From Squalus acanthias (Eukaryota), in contig CM059432.1 of NCBI GenBank assembly GCA_030390025.1, positions 36,024,001 through 36,088,000 of the forward strand: a stretch of 64,000 nt of DNA, read 5' to 3'. Under the pieces are notes generated by a model. The model saw only the letters and a program-made list of their open reading frames with translations, made no database searches and was not told the origin of the DNA. The position numbers were made by a program, and so were the translations under genes. Positions 51,322 through 62,865 of the stretch are shown here, piece by piece. The stretch's first letter is position 1. Each line of letters opens with the position of its first letter.

Positions 51322-52144
51322 AACGAGCAGACCATACGAGGACATTCTACTCTCTCTCCCCCTCATCTACTGAAGGTGCAGTCAGGTGCAGACGGTTGCA
51401 CTCCTTGCCCAAATACCCAGGGTGATCCTGGACAGTGAGGGTCAGCAGCCCTATTGTACCACGGGTGGAATCACAGCTGAATGCCATCCTGTTCTCTCCC
51501 AGCGTAAGTCACTGGATTGAGTAAGGACAGAATCGGGCTTGGCTGTGATGCCCTCCATGGTCGAATAGGCTGCTGATACTCACACACAAAGAATGGTCCC
51601 TTGAGAAAGATATGGAGCCTGTGGAACACTCTGCTCTAGCGAGAGGCAGGAGAACACTGGGGCTGCGAGCCTAATGCAAACATTCTTACAGACTGGACAT
51701 CAGTCAAACCCTGACTGTCACTGCCAATGTCACGTGCTCTGGACCCCTCAGCTGTTTTACTGAAGTAATTCAGTCTCGGCCATCCTGTGTCCTCTGGGTA
51801 ACTTTCATTCTAGAATTATAGAATTTTGTGGCGCAGAAGGAGGCTATTCGGCCCATCTGTATCAGCTCTCTGAATGAGCTTTCTGCTTACTCCCATCCCC
51901 TGCCTTTTCCCCATACCCTTTTAAATTTTTCTTTTTCCAAATTAACCACTTCCCTTTTAAAAGCGATTCCACCACTGTTTCTGGTCGGGCAGTAAGTGTC
52001 CCAACAACACTCTCTTAACCTCTCCTTAGTCCTTTTGCTGATGATCTTAAATTTATTCTCGATTATTGACCAGAGGAAATGATAGTTCCCAATTTACCTT
52101 GTGAATACCTCTCATAACTTTGAACACTTCCATCAGATCTCCTA

Positions 52145-53360
52145 GGATTACAGAATGATACCGCACAGAAGGAGGCCATTCGGCCCATCGTGCCAGTGCC
52201 GACTCTTTGGTAGAGTTATCTAATTAATCCCACTCCCCTGCTCTTTCCCCAGAGCCCTGTAATTTTTTTCCCTTAAAGTATTTATCTAATTCCCTTTTGA
52301 AAGTTACTATTTAATTTGCTTCCACCACCCCTTCAGGCAGTGTATTCTAGATCACAACAACTCGCTGTTCCTCATGTCGCCTCTGGTTCTTTAGCCAGTC
52401 ACCTTAAATCTGTCTCTTCTGGTGACTGACCCTTCTGCCACTGGAAACAGTTTCTTCTAATTTACTCTATCAAAACCATTCATGATTTTGAACATCTCTA
52501 TCAAATCTCCTCTTAACCTTCTCTGCTCTAAGGAGAACAACCTCAGCTTCTCCAGTCTCTCCACATAACTGAAGTCCCTCATCCCTGGTACCATTCTAGT
52601 AAATCTTTTCTGCACCCTCTCCAAGGCCTTGACATCCTTCCTAAAGTGTGGTGCCCAGAATTGGCCACAATACTGCAGATGAGGCCTAACCAGTGATTTA
52701 TAAAGGTTTAGCATAACTTCCTTGCTTTTGTACTATGCCTCTATTAATAAAGCTAAGGACTCCATATGCTTTTTTCACAGCTTTCTCAACTTGTCCTGCC
52801 ACCTTCAAAGATTTGTGTACATACACACTCAGCTCTCTCTCTTCCTGCACCCCCTTAAAAATGTACCATTTAGTTTATATTGCCTCTCCTCATTCTTCCT
52901 ACCAAGATGTATCACTTCACACGTTAACTTCCATCGATGTGTCTGCCCATTTCACCAGTCTCTATGTCCTCCTGAAGTGTGTTACTATCCTCCTCATTGA
53001 TTACTACATTTCCGAGTTTCGTGTTATCTGCAAACTTTGAAATTATGCCTGGTATACCCAAGTCCAGATCATTAATATATATTAAAAAGAGCAGTGGTCC
53101 TAATGGGGAACCCTGGGGAACACCACTGCACACTTCCCTCCAGTCTGAAAAACAACTGTTCACCACTACTCTCTGCTTTCTGTCCCTTAGCCAATTTTGT
53201 ATCCACGCTGCCACTGTCCATTTAATCCCATGGGCTTTAATTTTGCAAACGGGTATATTATGTGGTACTTTATCAAACGCCTTTTGAAAGTCCATATACA
53301 CAACATCAACTGCACTACTCTCATCAACCCTCTCCGTTACTTCATCAAAGAACTCAATCC
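52145..53360 (-). mobile_element. CR1 RT/3' fragment
   Basis: DFQKAFDKV, SGVPQGS and KFADNTK in ORFs 52457-53370. Confidence 0.85.
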
Positions 53361-53569
53361 TCCGTACCATCCGTGTTTTAAGGAGTCCCCGTTTCTCTAG
53401 CCTCTTGTTACATTTTGCTCCCTTAATTCTGCAAGCTGATGGACATCAGGTCATGAGATTGTGAGCCCACTGGGCATGACGGATCCCCGATTCACTCCTA
53501 ATTATCTTAAGCTTCAAGTGAAAGAGATAGTTAAAATCTTTAATCTAAGCAGGAAATCAACAACAACAA

Positions 53570-54535
53570 CAGCAACAACTTGTATTTATATAGCACCTTT
53601 AACGTAGTAAAACGTCCCAAGACGCTTCACAGGAGTGTTATAAGACAAAAAATTTTGACACCGAGCCACATAAGGAGAAGATTAGGGCAGGTGACCAAAA
53701 GCTTGGTCAAAGAGGTAGGTTTTAAGCTGCGTCTTAAAGGAGTAAAGAGAGTTAGAGAGGCGGAGAGGGTTAGGCAGGGAATTCCAGAGCTTAGGGCCTA
53801 GGCAACAGAAGGCACAGCCACCAAAGGTTGAGCGATTATAATCAGGGATGCTCAAGAGAGCAGAATTAGTGGACTGCAGATATCTCGGGGGGTTGTGGGG
53901 CTGTGGAGATTACAGAGATTGGGGGGGGAGGGGCGCGAAGCCATGGAGGGATTTGAAAACAAGGATGAGAATTTTGAAATCGAGGTGTTGCTTAACCGGG
54001 AGTCAATGTAGGTCAGCGAGCACAGGGGTGATGGGTGAACGGGACTTGGTGCAAGTTAGGACACGGGCAGCTGAGTTTTGGATGACCTCAGGTTTACGTA
54101 GGGTAGAATGTGGGAGGCCAGCCAGGAGTGCGTTGGAATAGTCAAGTCAAGAGGTAACAAAGGCATGGATGAGGGTTTCAGCAGCGGATGAGCTGAGGCA
54201 AGGGCGGAGACGGGCGATGTTACGGAGGTGGAAATCGACAGTCTTAGTTATGCCGCAGATATGTGGTCGGAAGCTCATTTCAGAGTCAAATATGACACCA
54301 AAGTTGCGAACAGTGTGGTTCAGCCTCAGACAGATGTTAGGGAGAGGGATGGAGTCAGTGGGTAGGGAACGGAGTTTGTGGCGGGGACCGAAAACAATGG
54401 CTTTGGTCTTCCCAATATTTAATTGGAGAAAATTTCTGCTCATCCAGAACTGGATGTCGGACAAGCAGTCTGACCATTTAGAGACCGTGGAGAGGTCGAG
54501 AGAAGTGGTGGTGAGGTAGAGCTGGGTGTCATCTA
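53570..54535 (-). mobile_element. L2-clade LINE 3' fragment (related copies at about 15350-15820, 20030-21075, 26135-26860, 29370-29860, 38515-39600)
   Basis: DDTQLY...WMSRNFLQLNIGKTKAIVFG...LRNIARLRP; (TTG)n-type tail. Confidence 0.85.
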
Positions 54536-54568
54536 CCGACGGAAGTGGTGGAAGCGGAGACACTCAAT

Positions 54569-55419
54569 GGGCTGGATTTTGTGAATGGAGACGAGTTGGA
54601 GGCGGGACTGCTGCTTGTCGTGTCAATGTCCCGCCTCCATCCTCGCCTGACCAACCAGAGGGATTTTCCCCTGATTGCGCTTGTTAAGCCCGCTCTGAGG
54701 GCTCAGCAGGCCAATTAGGGAGGAAGTCACTGACAGAGCATGTCAACGTCAGACATGCTATCTGTCAAGACTTCTTGAAAGAAGAAATGTCAGCGTTTGA
54801 CAGCTCTGTGAAGCTGTCAAACACTGACATTCTCTGTAGTTTGATGAGTCCTTGTGTTCAGGACTCATCAAATCTTTCAACTTTGTTGATTTCACATGGC
54901 TGTTGGTTCGGAGGTTCCAACAGCCAGTCTGTGAAATCGACAAGGATGATGTTGGCTCTCCTGATCCAGCGCGGCTGAAGGCTGTAGGAAGAAAACAAGG
55001 TAAGTGAACATTTTTAAAAACTTATCACTCACCTTACATACTTACCACTCCACACTTGCACCCATCACTCACCTACCTCTACATCTTACTTCCAGGTGCC
55101 TCCGACCGCCGCAGACCTCCTTCACGTCTCCTCCAACCCGGCGGGGTTCTCCGAGGTCGGGAAGCCTTCACCTGTGAAGGTAAAATGGCACTAATCCTTT
55201 TTTTCTGCCTGTTAACTACCTGTTAACAGGCAGTTAAAAGAATTAAATACCTTTCCCGCCTCCAGGAGACGGGACCCGAAGCAGCACATCTTCCCGCCTC
55301 CTGGCAAAAGGGCACGGAGGCGGGATGGGGGCGGGTTTGCCATCCGCCCCCACTTTCTCCGAATTTACCGGCTGTCCCTCCTCCATGCCCGCCTCCTCGG
55401 TGCTTGGAAAATCCAGCCC
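54569..55419. mobile_element. Harbinger-type MITE with AAT TSD
   Basis: GGGCTGGATTTT / AAAATCCAGCCC TIRs; AAT at 54566-54568 and 55420-55422. Confidence 0.87.
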
Positions 55420-55576
55420 AATGTTTTCAAGGGGAGACTGGATAGGCACTTGAGGGAAATACACTTGCAGGGCTACGGGATAGAGCGGGGGAATGGGACT
55501 GACTGGATTGCTCTACAGAGAGCTGGCACGGACTCGATGGGCAAAATGGCCTCCTTCTGTGCCGTTATGACTCTAT

Positions 55577-56378
55577 GGGCTGGATTTTCATTGACCCGTG
55601 GAGGCGGGTTTGGAGGCGTGTGGGGGGTTAAAGTTGCAGATTCGGGGGTCCCGCCCCCAACCCGCCTCCATGCCAGTTTCGCTGGAGGCGGGTACCCGAC
55701 CTGTGCTGGGACCCGCCTCCCTGAGGCGGGAAGGGGATTAGTGGCAATAAACTGCCTGTTAACAGGCAGTTTTTTGCCTAATCCCTATTTTGATGCATGA
55801 AATGTGGGCTTCCCGACAGGTCCCAACCACGCCAAGTTAGCGACCGTGGGTCTGCAGGGGTTGGAGGGGTCGATATGTCCGGTGGGCAGGTGAGTGATGG
55901 GTGCATGTGTGCAGAGGTAAGTGTAAAGTGTGGGAAAAAGTTTTACTTACCTTAACTTCCTCCTGCAGATGTCAGCCCTTCAGGTCTCGGGAGTCAGAAA
56001 TCTCACCGGCACAGAAAGCACAATGGCCATTGACCTGTCAAAAACTGCAGTTCTGTTTTCTGTGCTGGATTGATTTCTAACTCAGCCTGAGAGGAAGGAC
56101 TCAAGTTAGAAGACAGATTGTCAGTGTTTGACAGCTTCACAGAGCTGTCAAACGCTGATATTTCATCTGTCAAAAGCTCTTGACAGATGAAATGTCAATC
56201 TGTGACGTCACCTGTTGCCGGGTGGCCCTTAATTGGCCTGCTGAGCTCGCTGGGCGGGCTCAACAAGGTCAATCAAGTGAAAATGCAGTGGGTTGGCCAC
56301 AAGTCGATGGAGGCGGGACTACAACCCAAAAAGTGGGAGTCCCGCCTCCATCACGTCCCCAGTATCAAAATCCAGCCC
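55577..56378. mobile_element. Harbinger-type MITE with TAT TSD, inverted relative to 54569-55419
   Basis: Same TIRs; TAT at 55574-55576 and 56379-56381. Confidence 0.87.
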
Positions 56379-56642
56379 TATGACTCTATGACTATGACAT
56401 GTGGAAACTGACATGTGGAACATGTACATGTGGAAACAACATAAGATGCAGGGACAGAGCCTCCAACAGATGGAGTAACAGTAACAGAGTCCTTGCGACT
56501 CGATGTGCAGCCTGAATGTCCCTGTTTGGTAAGTGTAGCTTGGGAGGAACAGATGACTTTGGATCTATGGTTCCCAAAGCTCTCCACCACTGAGATTTCC
56601 TCACATCATGTCTGGGTCTGTTGTAGACTAATTGAACATTAG

Positions 56643-56801
56643 CAATGTTCCCTCTAAAATTTTGTTGTTGTGCGCAGCCAGTTTTTTCAATGCGCGGTAC
56701 CCTTATAGACTGTGCACGCGCGGTATTTGAGAGCTTGTGAGCGGCCTGCGCAGTACCTTCAAGATTGCTGCACACCCGCGCATAGCTTAGAGGGAATGTT
56801 G
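56643..56801. mobile_element. hAT-like MITE
   Basis: CAATGTTCCCTCTAA / TTAGAGGGAATGTTG TIRs; 8-bp flanks AACATTAG and GTCATTAG. Confidence 0.65.
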
Positions 56802-57589
56802 GTCATTAGTCAAAAACTCCATTATCATTGTATCATGCGACTACCAGAATGGTAGAAGGCGAATTAGATGTACCGTGGTCTTTTTTCATCTAGCAATTCC
56901 TATGTTCCTTTGTTTCTGTGTACTTTAAGTCACATGAACATCATCGTTATCACTGAGAAAGTGTATTGCAAAACTGCTTCAAAAATATGCTGTCCTAAAT
57001 GAGCAACGACAGCGCCCGATGGGAAAGTGAGCTGTAAGGACCCGGAAGATCCCAGGTTCGATCCCTGGTCTGTGCTGAATCACCTGATAACAGACGGGGT
57101 AGATATCAGGGCGGGCCAGTGGGCCTCAGCACCCTCTGGGTTTGGAAGAAGAAAAAATCAGCTAAGGTTCCTGCTCCTGGTCACAATCTAGTGACGCCTG
57201 CTGGAAAATGTGAAAGTTGTGTGAAGATTAGATCCGCCTTGGCTGCGATGCCCTCCACAGTCGGATGCCGGCCAACACACATTAACAGTGGCCTCTTGGG
57301 TGAGGTACTGGAAGGCAGCCGATGCCCGGGGAGCAGAACCCCTTCAGGAAAGAGGGATGGGAAACTGAGGGAACACAGAAGGATTGCGTTCAAACCATTA
57401 GTGACGTTCAGCGGATGTCAGAAACATAGCGATGGATTGCTCTGGTGTGCTGCACTGTCACCCGTGGTTCTGAGATATTGCTGAACCGGTGCAGCCACCG
57501 GGGGGAATCGGGGCGGTCACTGCCTGCCAGAATGAGAGCCTGACTCTGTCACTGATCGATCACACGGGCACATGTCGGAAAGAAATTCA

Positions 57590-57595
57590 AATAAA
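57590..57595 (+). promoter_or_regulatory. Candidate polyadenylation signal (possibly a distal site for the DSD gene)
   Basis: AATAAA followed about 15-55 nt later by a T/GT-rich tract (tttggtttta...tttttgttgttgcttgtt); assignment to the gene is inference. Confidence 0.35.
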
Positions 57596-58254
57596 AAGAA
57601 ATCGCGAACATTTGGTTTTACCTTGCTGGGTATTTTTGTTGTTGCTTGTTATGAGTTGCTGAGGTGACAGATGTCAGTGCTAAGGTGGGGAACCACTTTC
57701 ACTTGTTTCCTTTCAGTCCCAGCTCAGGTACAGTAACGTAGGCCGAGATTTTCCAGGGGCTCAGCGGGCGCGATCGATGGCGGGTTGGGTGGGAAAGTCG
57801 AGACCCTGCTGTGAACCCGCTGCCATGCGCCTTTACCAAATGTCGGGTCTGTGAGCACTGAGCAAACCCGACACGCAGCAGCGGGGGAGCCAGTTTAAAT
57901 GATTAGTGGCTTGTTTACAGCCACTTAACAATGGCTTTAAACTGACCTTTTGAATTTGACAGCTCGCCCACAGGTTTCATGCTGTTGCTAGACCACATCT
58001 GTGAAGCTGAGGCGGGAGGTCAGTGGCCATTGAATCAGCTGATGAGTTGACAGCTTCAAATGTCAAGTAAAAGCTCCCACCTTACAGAGATATCATCCCT
58101 CAGCCACAAGCTCTTCCTCACTGCATTTCCACAACAGATTCACCATGCTGCAAGTCTTTACACAAGTCTCCATCCAGTCTGACCTCATTACCTCTCTCAC
58201 CATTGACAGATCGCTTCTGTCATCTCTACTTCACCTGCCATCTATTCCATCAGC

Positions 58255-58497
58255 ATGGGTGCCCTTGAAACTCTCTCACCTTGGTCCTCAGAATCCCACC
58301 ACGAAATGCCCCAACACCAGCAGCACCAGGCACACCAGCAGCACCTACAACAACACCAACCTTCTCTGCAACCAGCTGGTGCTGCACAGGACAGAAGGCA
58401 TCAGCACCCGACCACATTGTTGCCTGGGAGGCCAGGGATGGGCTCAGCATGGCCAGATTTACTTCACTTGACGCTGTACACCCTGGCTGCCACATGA
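58255..58497 (+). pseudogene. Transposase-like stub of the second Harbinger element
   Basis: MGALETLSPWSSESHHEMPQHQQHQ...AGAAQDRRHQHPTTLLPG aligns with the 45087-45308 stub; a shifted frame reads DHIVAWEARDGLSMARF. Confidence 0.55.
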
Positions 58498-58986
58498 TGC
58501 GCCAGATTGGCACCACCCCACACCAACACCATAAAGCATCCCTATAATGCCCAAGCAATTCCTTTCACACTCATCACCATTGGGGGGGGGGGGGGGGGGG
58601 TACCCGTATGTCTCACCATTCACTGCAACTCACTAAGTCACTTCCAACGATGCACACAAATCTGTCCAAGAATGCAAAGTGTTGAAAATAAAGGTTTCAA
58701 TGTTTGACACCACATTAACAGAAACTTTACATGAACATTGCATAAAACACCCATTGCCTACCCTTGTGTGTTGTTAGTTGGTATGATTGCACTAGGATGA
58801 GGGTGAGTGTGAGGGGTGGCTAGTGAGATGGGGATGTGATAATGTAGATAGAGAGAGAGGGATGGGTGGCAGTCCAAGGTAAGTTGGTGTGAGTAAGGAT
58901 GTGCAGGAGTAGGGTAGGGAAGGCAGAGTGATGGGGATGTGATGAGAGGCACAGCAGGATGAGGTTGCGTGTGGCTTTGTACTAAC

Positions 58987-59211
58987 GTTTCGTGATCTAC
59001 GTTTGTGGCACTGCACCCAGGTCCTCCTGACCACATCCTTGTTTGTGTCCTCCTATGCATTGTGTAACCAGGCTGTGTTGGTCTCCTGGGGAGATCTCTT
59101 CCGCCCATTGGAAGGGAAGAGCACCTCCCTACATACTGTGACTCCCTCCATAAGCATATAGAGGGAGTCATGGGAGAGCCTGGGTGCAGCCCTGTGCCTT
59201 TGTGAAGTCAT
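58987..59211 (-). pseudogene. Degenerate Myb/SANT-like exon 1 of the second Harbinger element
   Basis: MTSQRHRAAPRLSHDSLYMLMEGVTVCREVLFPSNGRKRSPQETNTAWLHNA*EDTNKDVVRRTWVQCHKR aligns with 42905-43144; followed by donor GTTAGT; exons 2-3 absent. Confidence 0.78.
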
Positions 59212-60299
59212 TGTCAGTGTTTGCAGCACCTCAATGCTGCAGAACACTGACAGCACAAATGTCAAACTAAATTTGGCTATGGTTCCTTTAAGGAAACCGG
59301 CTGATGACGTGTCATCAAATGACATCACCAGACCCGCTTCCTCTAATTGGCTGGGAAATGCGCTGGATGGGCTTAACAAGCCCAATCAAGGGAAATTCAT
59401 TTCAGAGGCCAGGATGGAGCCAGCAGCAGGGTCGGGACATGCCACCGACATCGCCCACCACAGGCCCGCCGAAGTCAGCAAAATCGCGGCCATAATGTTT
59501 ATGTTACTGGACTAGTAATCCAGAGAATATCAGTTCAAATCCACCATGAGTTCAGTTAAAATATCAGTAAAAGTGACTATGAAGCTGTCGGATTGTCGTT
59601 AAAAACCCCACTGGTTCACTAATATCCTTTAGGGAAGGAAACCTGCCGTCCTTACCCAGTTTGGACTATATGTGACTCCAGTCCCACACAGATGTGGTTG
59701 ATTCTTAACTGCCCTCTGAAGTGGCCTATCAAGCCAAACAGTTGTATCACCACCTTCTCAGGGCAGCAAGGGATGGGCAATAAATGCCAGCCATGCCAGT
59801 GACACCCACATCACGAGAATGAGTTAAAATAAAAGCTGCCTCCGAAGCTGGAGATTCATCTTTCATCCCAAACTCGTCCTTTCTCCTCAACCACTCTTCC
59901 CTCTTCAAGTTCAAATCTGTCCAAGACTTGAATAGTGTTTCCATATCTGGGGAGTTTCTTTTCGCATCTCTCACACTCCTGAATGGCACAAGGGGAAAAG
60001 CTTGTCATCCCTTTCTCGCCTATGTCTCTCTCACAGCTTCTCTTTTTTTTATTGGTACTGTGATGACTGCTTCTCTGAATTTTTGCTCTCAAGCTCTGAA
60101 TTTATTATTCCATGTGCTGGTCCTCCTGCTCCCTGTGTTGAAATCTTCTCACACTCTTTTGTTTTGTGTCAGCCGTGGCTCAGTGGAAGCATTCTTGCCT
60201 CTGAGTCAGAGGGTTGTGGGTTCACCCCTGCTCCAGAGACCTGAGCACATCATTTTTGCTGACACTCCAGTGCAGTGCTGAGGGAGTGCGGCCCTGGGT

Positions 60300-62860
60300 T
60301 TTTTTTATTCGTTCCTGGGATCTGGGCGTCGCTGGCAAGGCCAGCATTTATTGCCCATCCCTAGTTGCCCTTGAGAAGGCGGTGGTGAGCCGTCTTCTTG
60401 AACCGCTGCAGTCTGTGTGGTGAAGGTCCTCCCACAGTGCTGTGAGGGAGGGAGTTCCAGGATTTTGACCCAGTGACAATGAAGGAACGGTGATATATTT
60501 CCAAGTCAGGATGGTGTGTGACTTGAAGGGAAACTTGCAGGGGATGGTGTTCCCATGCGCCTGCTGCCCTTGTCCTTCTAGGTGGTAGAGGGCGCGAGTT
60601 TGGGAGGTGCTGCTGAAGAAGTCTTGGCGACTTGCTGCAGTGCATCTTGTAGATGGTACACACTGCAACCACGGTGCGCCGGTGGTGGAGGGAGTGAATG
60701 TTTAAGGTGGTGGATGGGGTGTCAATCAAGTGGACTGCTTTGTCTTGGATGGTTTCGAGATTCTTGAGTGTTGTTGGAGCTGCACTCATCCAGGCAAGTG
60801 GAGAGTATTCCATCACACTCCTTACTTATGCCTTGTAGATGGTGGAAAGGCTGTGCGGAGTCATGAGGTGAGACACTCGCCGCAGAATACCCAGCCTCTG
60901 ACCTGCTCTTGTTGCTATGTGGCTGGTCCAGTTAAGTTTCTGGTCAATGGTGACCCCCCAAGATGTTGATAGTGGGGGATTTGGCAATAGTAATGCCGTT
61001 GAATGTCAAGGGGCAGTGGTTAGACTCTCGCTTGTTGGAGATAGTCATTGCCTGGCACTTGTGTGGTGCGAATGTTACTTGCCACTTATCAGCCCAAGCC
61101 TGAATGTCGTCCAGATCTTGCTGCATGTGGGCATGGACTGCTTCATTATCTGAGGAGCTGTGAATGGAACTGAACACTGTTCAATCATCAGCGAATATCC
61201 CCACTTCTGACCTTATGTTGGAGGGAGGGTCATTGATGAAGCAGCTGTAGTTGGTTGAGCCTAGGACACTGCCTTGAGGAACCTTTGCAGCGATGTCCTG
61301 GGGCTGAGATAATTGACCTTCAACAACCACAACCATCTTCTTTTGTGCTAGGTATGACTCCAGCCAGTGGAGAGTTTTCCCCCTGATTCCCATTGACTTC
61401 AATTTTACTAGGGCTCCTTGATGCCACACTCAGTCAAATGCTGTTTTGATGTCAAGGGCAGTCACTCTCACCTCACCTCTGGAATTCAGCTCTTTTGTCC
61501 ATGTTTGGACCAAGGCTGTAAAGAGGTTTGGAGCCGAGTGGTCCTGGCGGAACCCAAACTGGGCATCAGTGAGCAGGTTATTGGTGAGTAAGTGTCGCTT
61601 GATAGCACTGTCGACAACACCTTGCATCACTTTGCTGATTCAGAGTAGACTGATGGGGCTGTAATTGGCCTGATTGGATTTGTCCTGCTTTTTGTGGACT
61701 GGATAAACCTGGGCAGTTTTCCACATTGTCGAGTAGATGCCAGTGTTGTAGCTGTACTGGAACAGCTTGGCTAGAGGCGCGGCTAGTTCTGGAGCACAAG
61801 TCTTCAGCACGATGGTTGGGATGCTGTTGGGGCCCATAGCCTTTGCTGTATCCAGTGTGCTCAGCCGTTTCTTGATATCACGTGGCATGAATCGAATTGG
61901 CTGAAGACTGTGATGGTAGGGACCTCAGGAGGAGGCCGATATGGATCATCCACTCGGCACTTCTGGCTGAAGATGTGTGCAAACACTTCAGCCTTGTCTT
62001 TTGCACTGGCATGCTGGCTATGCCATCATTGAGGATGGGGATATTCATGGAGCCTCCTCCTTCCGTTAGTTGTTTAATGGTCCGCCACCATTCACGACTG
62101 GATGTGGCAGGACTGCAGAGCTTTGTTCTGATCCGTTGATTGTGGGATCGCTTAGCTCTGTCTATCGCATGCCGCTTCCGCTGGTTAGCATGCATGGGTC
62201 CTGTGTTGCAGCTTCCCCAGGTTGGCACCTCATTTTTAGGTAAGAGTGGTGCTGCTCCTGGCACACTCTTCTGCACTCCTCATTGAACCAGGTTCCCTGG
62301 CTTGACAGTAATGGTAGAGTGAGGCATATGCCGGGCCATGAGGTTACAGATTGTGGTGGAATACAATTCTGTTGCTGCTGATGGCCCACAGCACCTCATG
62401 GATGCTCAGTTTTGAGCTGCTAGATCTGTTCTGAATCTATCCCATTTAGCACGGTGGTAGTGCCACACAACACGATGGAGGGTGTCCTCAGTGTGAAGAC
62501 GGGATTCGTCTCCATAAGGACTGTGCGGTGGTCAATGCTACCAATACTGTCATGGACAGATGCATCTGCGATCGGTAGATTGGTGAGGACGAGGTCAAGT
62601 AGGTTTTTTCCTTGTGTTGGTTCTTTCACCACCAGTTGCAGACCCAGACTGGCAGCTATGTCCTTCAGGATTCAGCCAGCTCGGTCAGTAGTGGTGCTAC
62701 TGAGCCACTCTTGGTGATGGACATTGAAGTCCCCCACCCAGAGTACATTCTGTGCCCTTGCTACCTCAGTGCTTCTTTCAAGTGGTGTTCATATATGGAG
62801 GAGTACGGATTCATCAGCTGAGGGAGGGCGGTAGGTGGTAATCAGTAGGAGGTTTCATTG
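60300..62860 (-). mobile_element. Jockey-group (CR1-Zenon-like) LINE, degenerate
   Basis: QFGFRQDHS, ALDIKTAFD, VPQGSVLG and FADD; 3' end GGGCAATAAATGCTGGCC with A-tail; 3' fragments also at 16360-16980 (-) and 41540-42070 (+). Confidence 0.8.
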
Positions 62861-62865
62861 CCCAT

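Larger units (their letters stand above)
57741..59491 (-). mobile_element. Second, diverged and more deleted Harbinger element
   Basis: Imperfect TIRs GGCCGAGATTTTCC / GCAAAATCGCGGCC; flanks GTA and ATA; contains a Myb exon 1 (- strand) and a transposase-like stub (+ strand). Confidence 0.75.
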
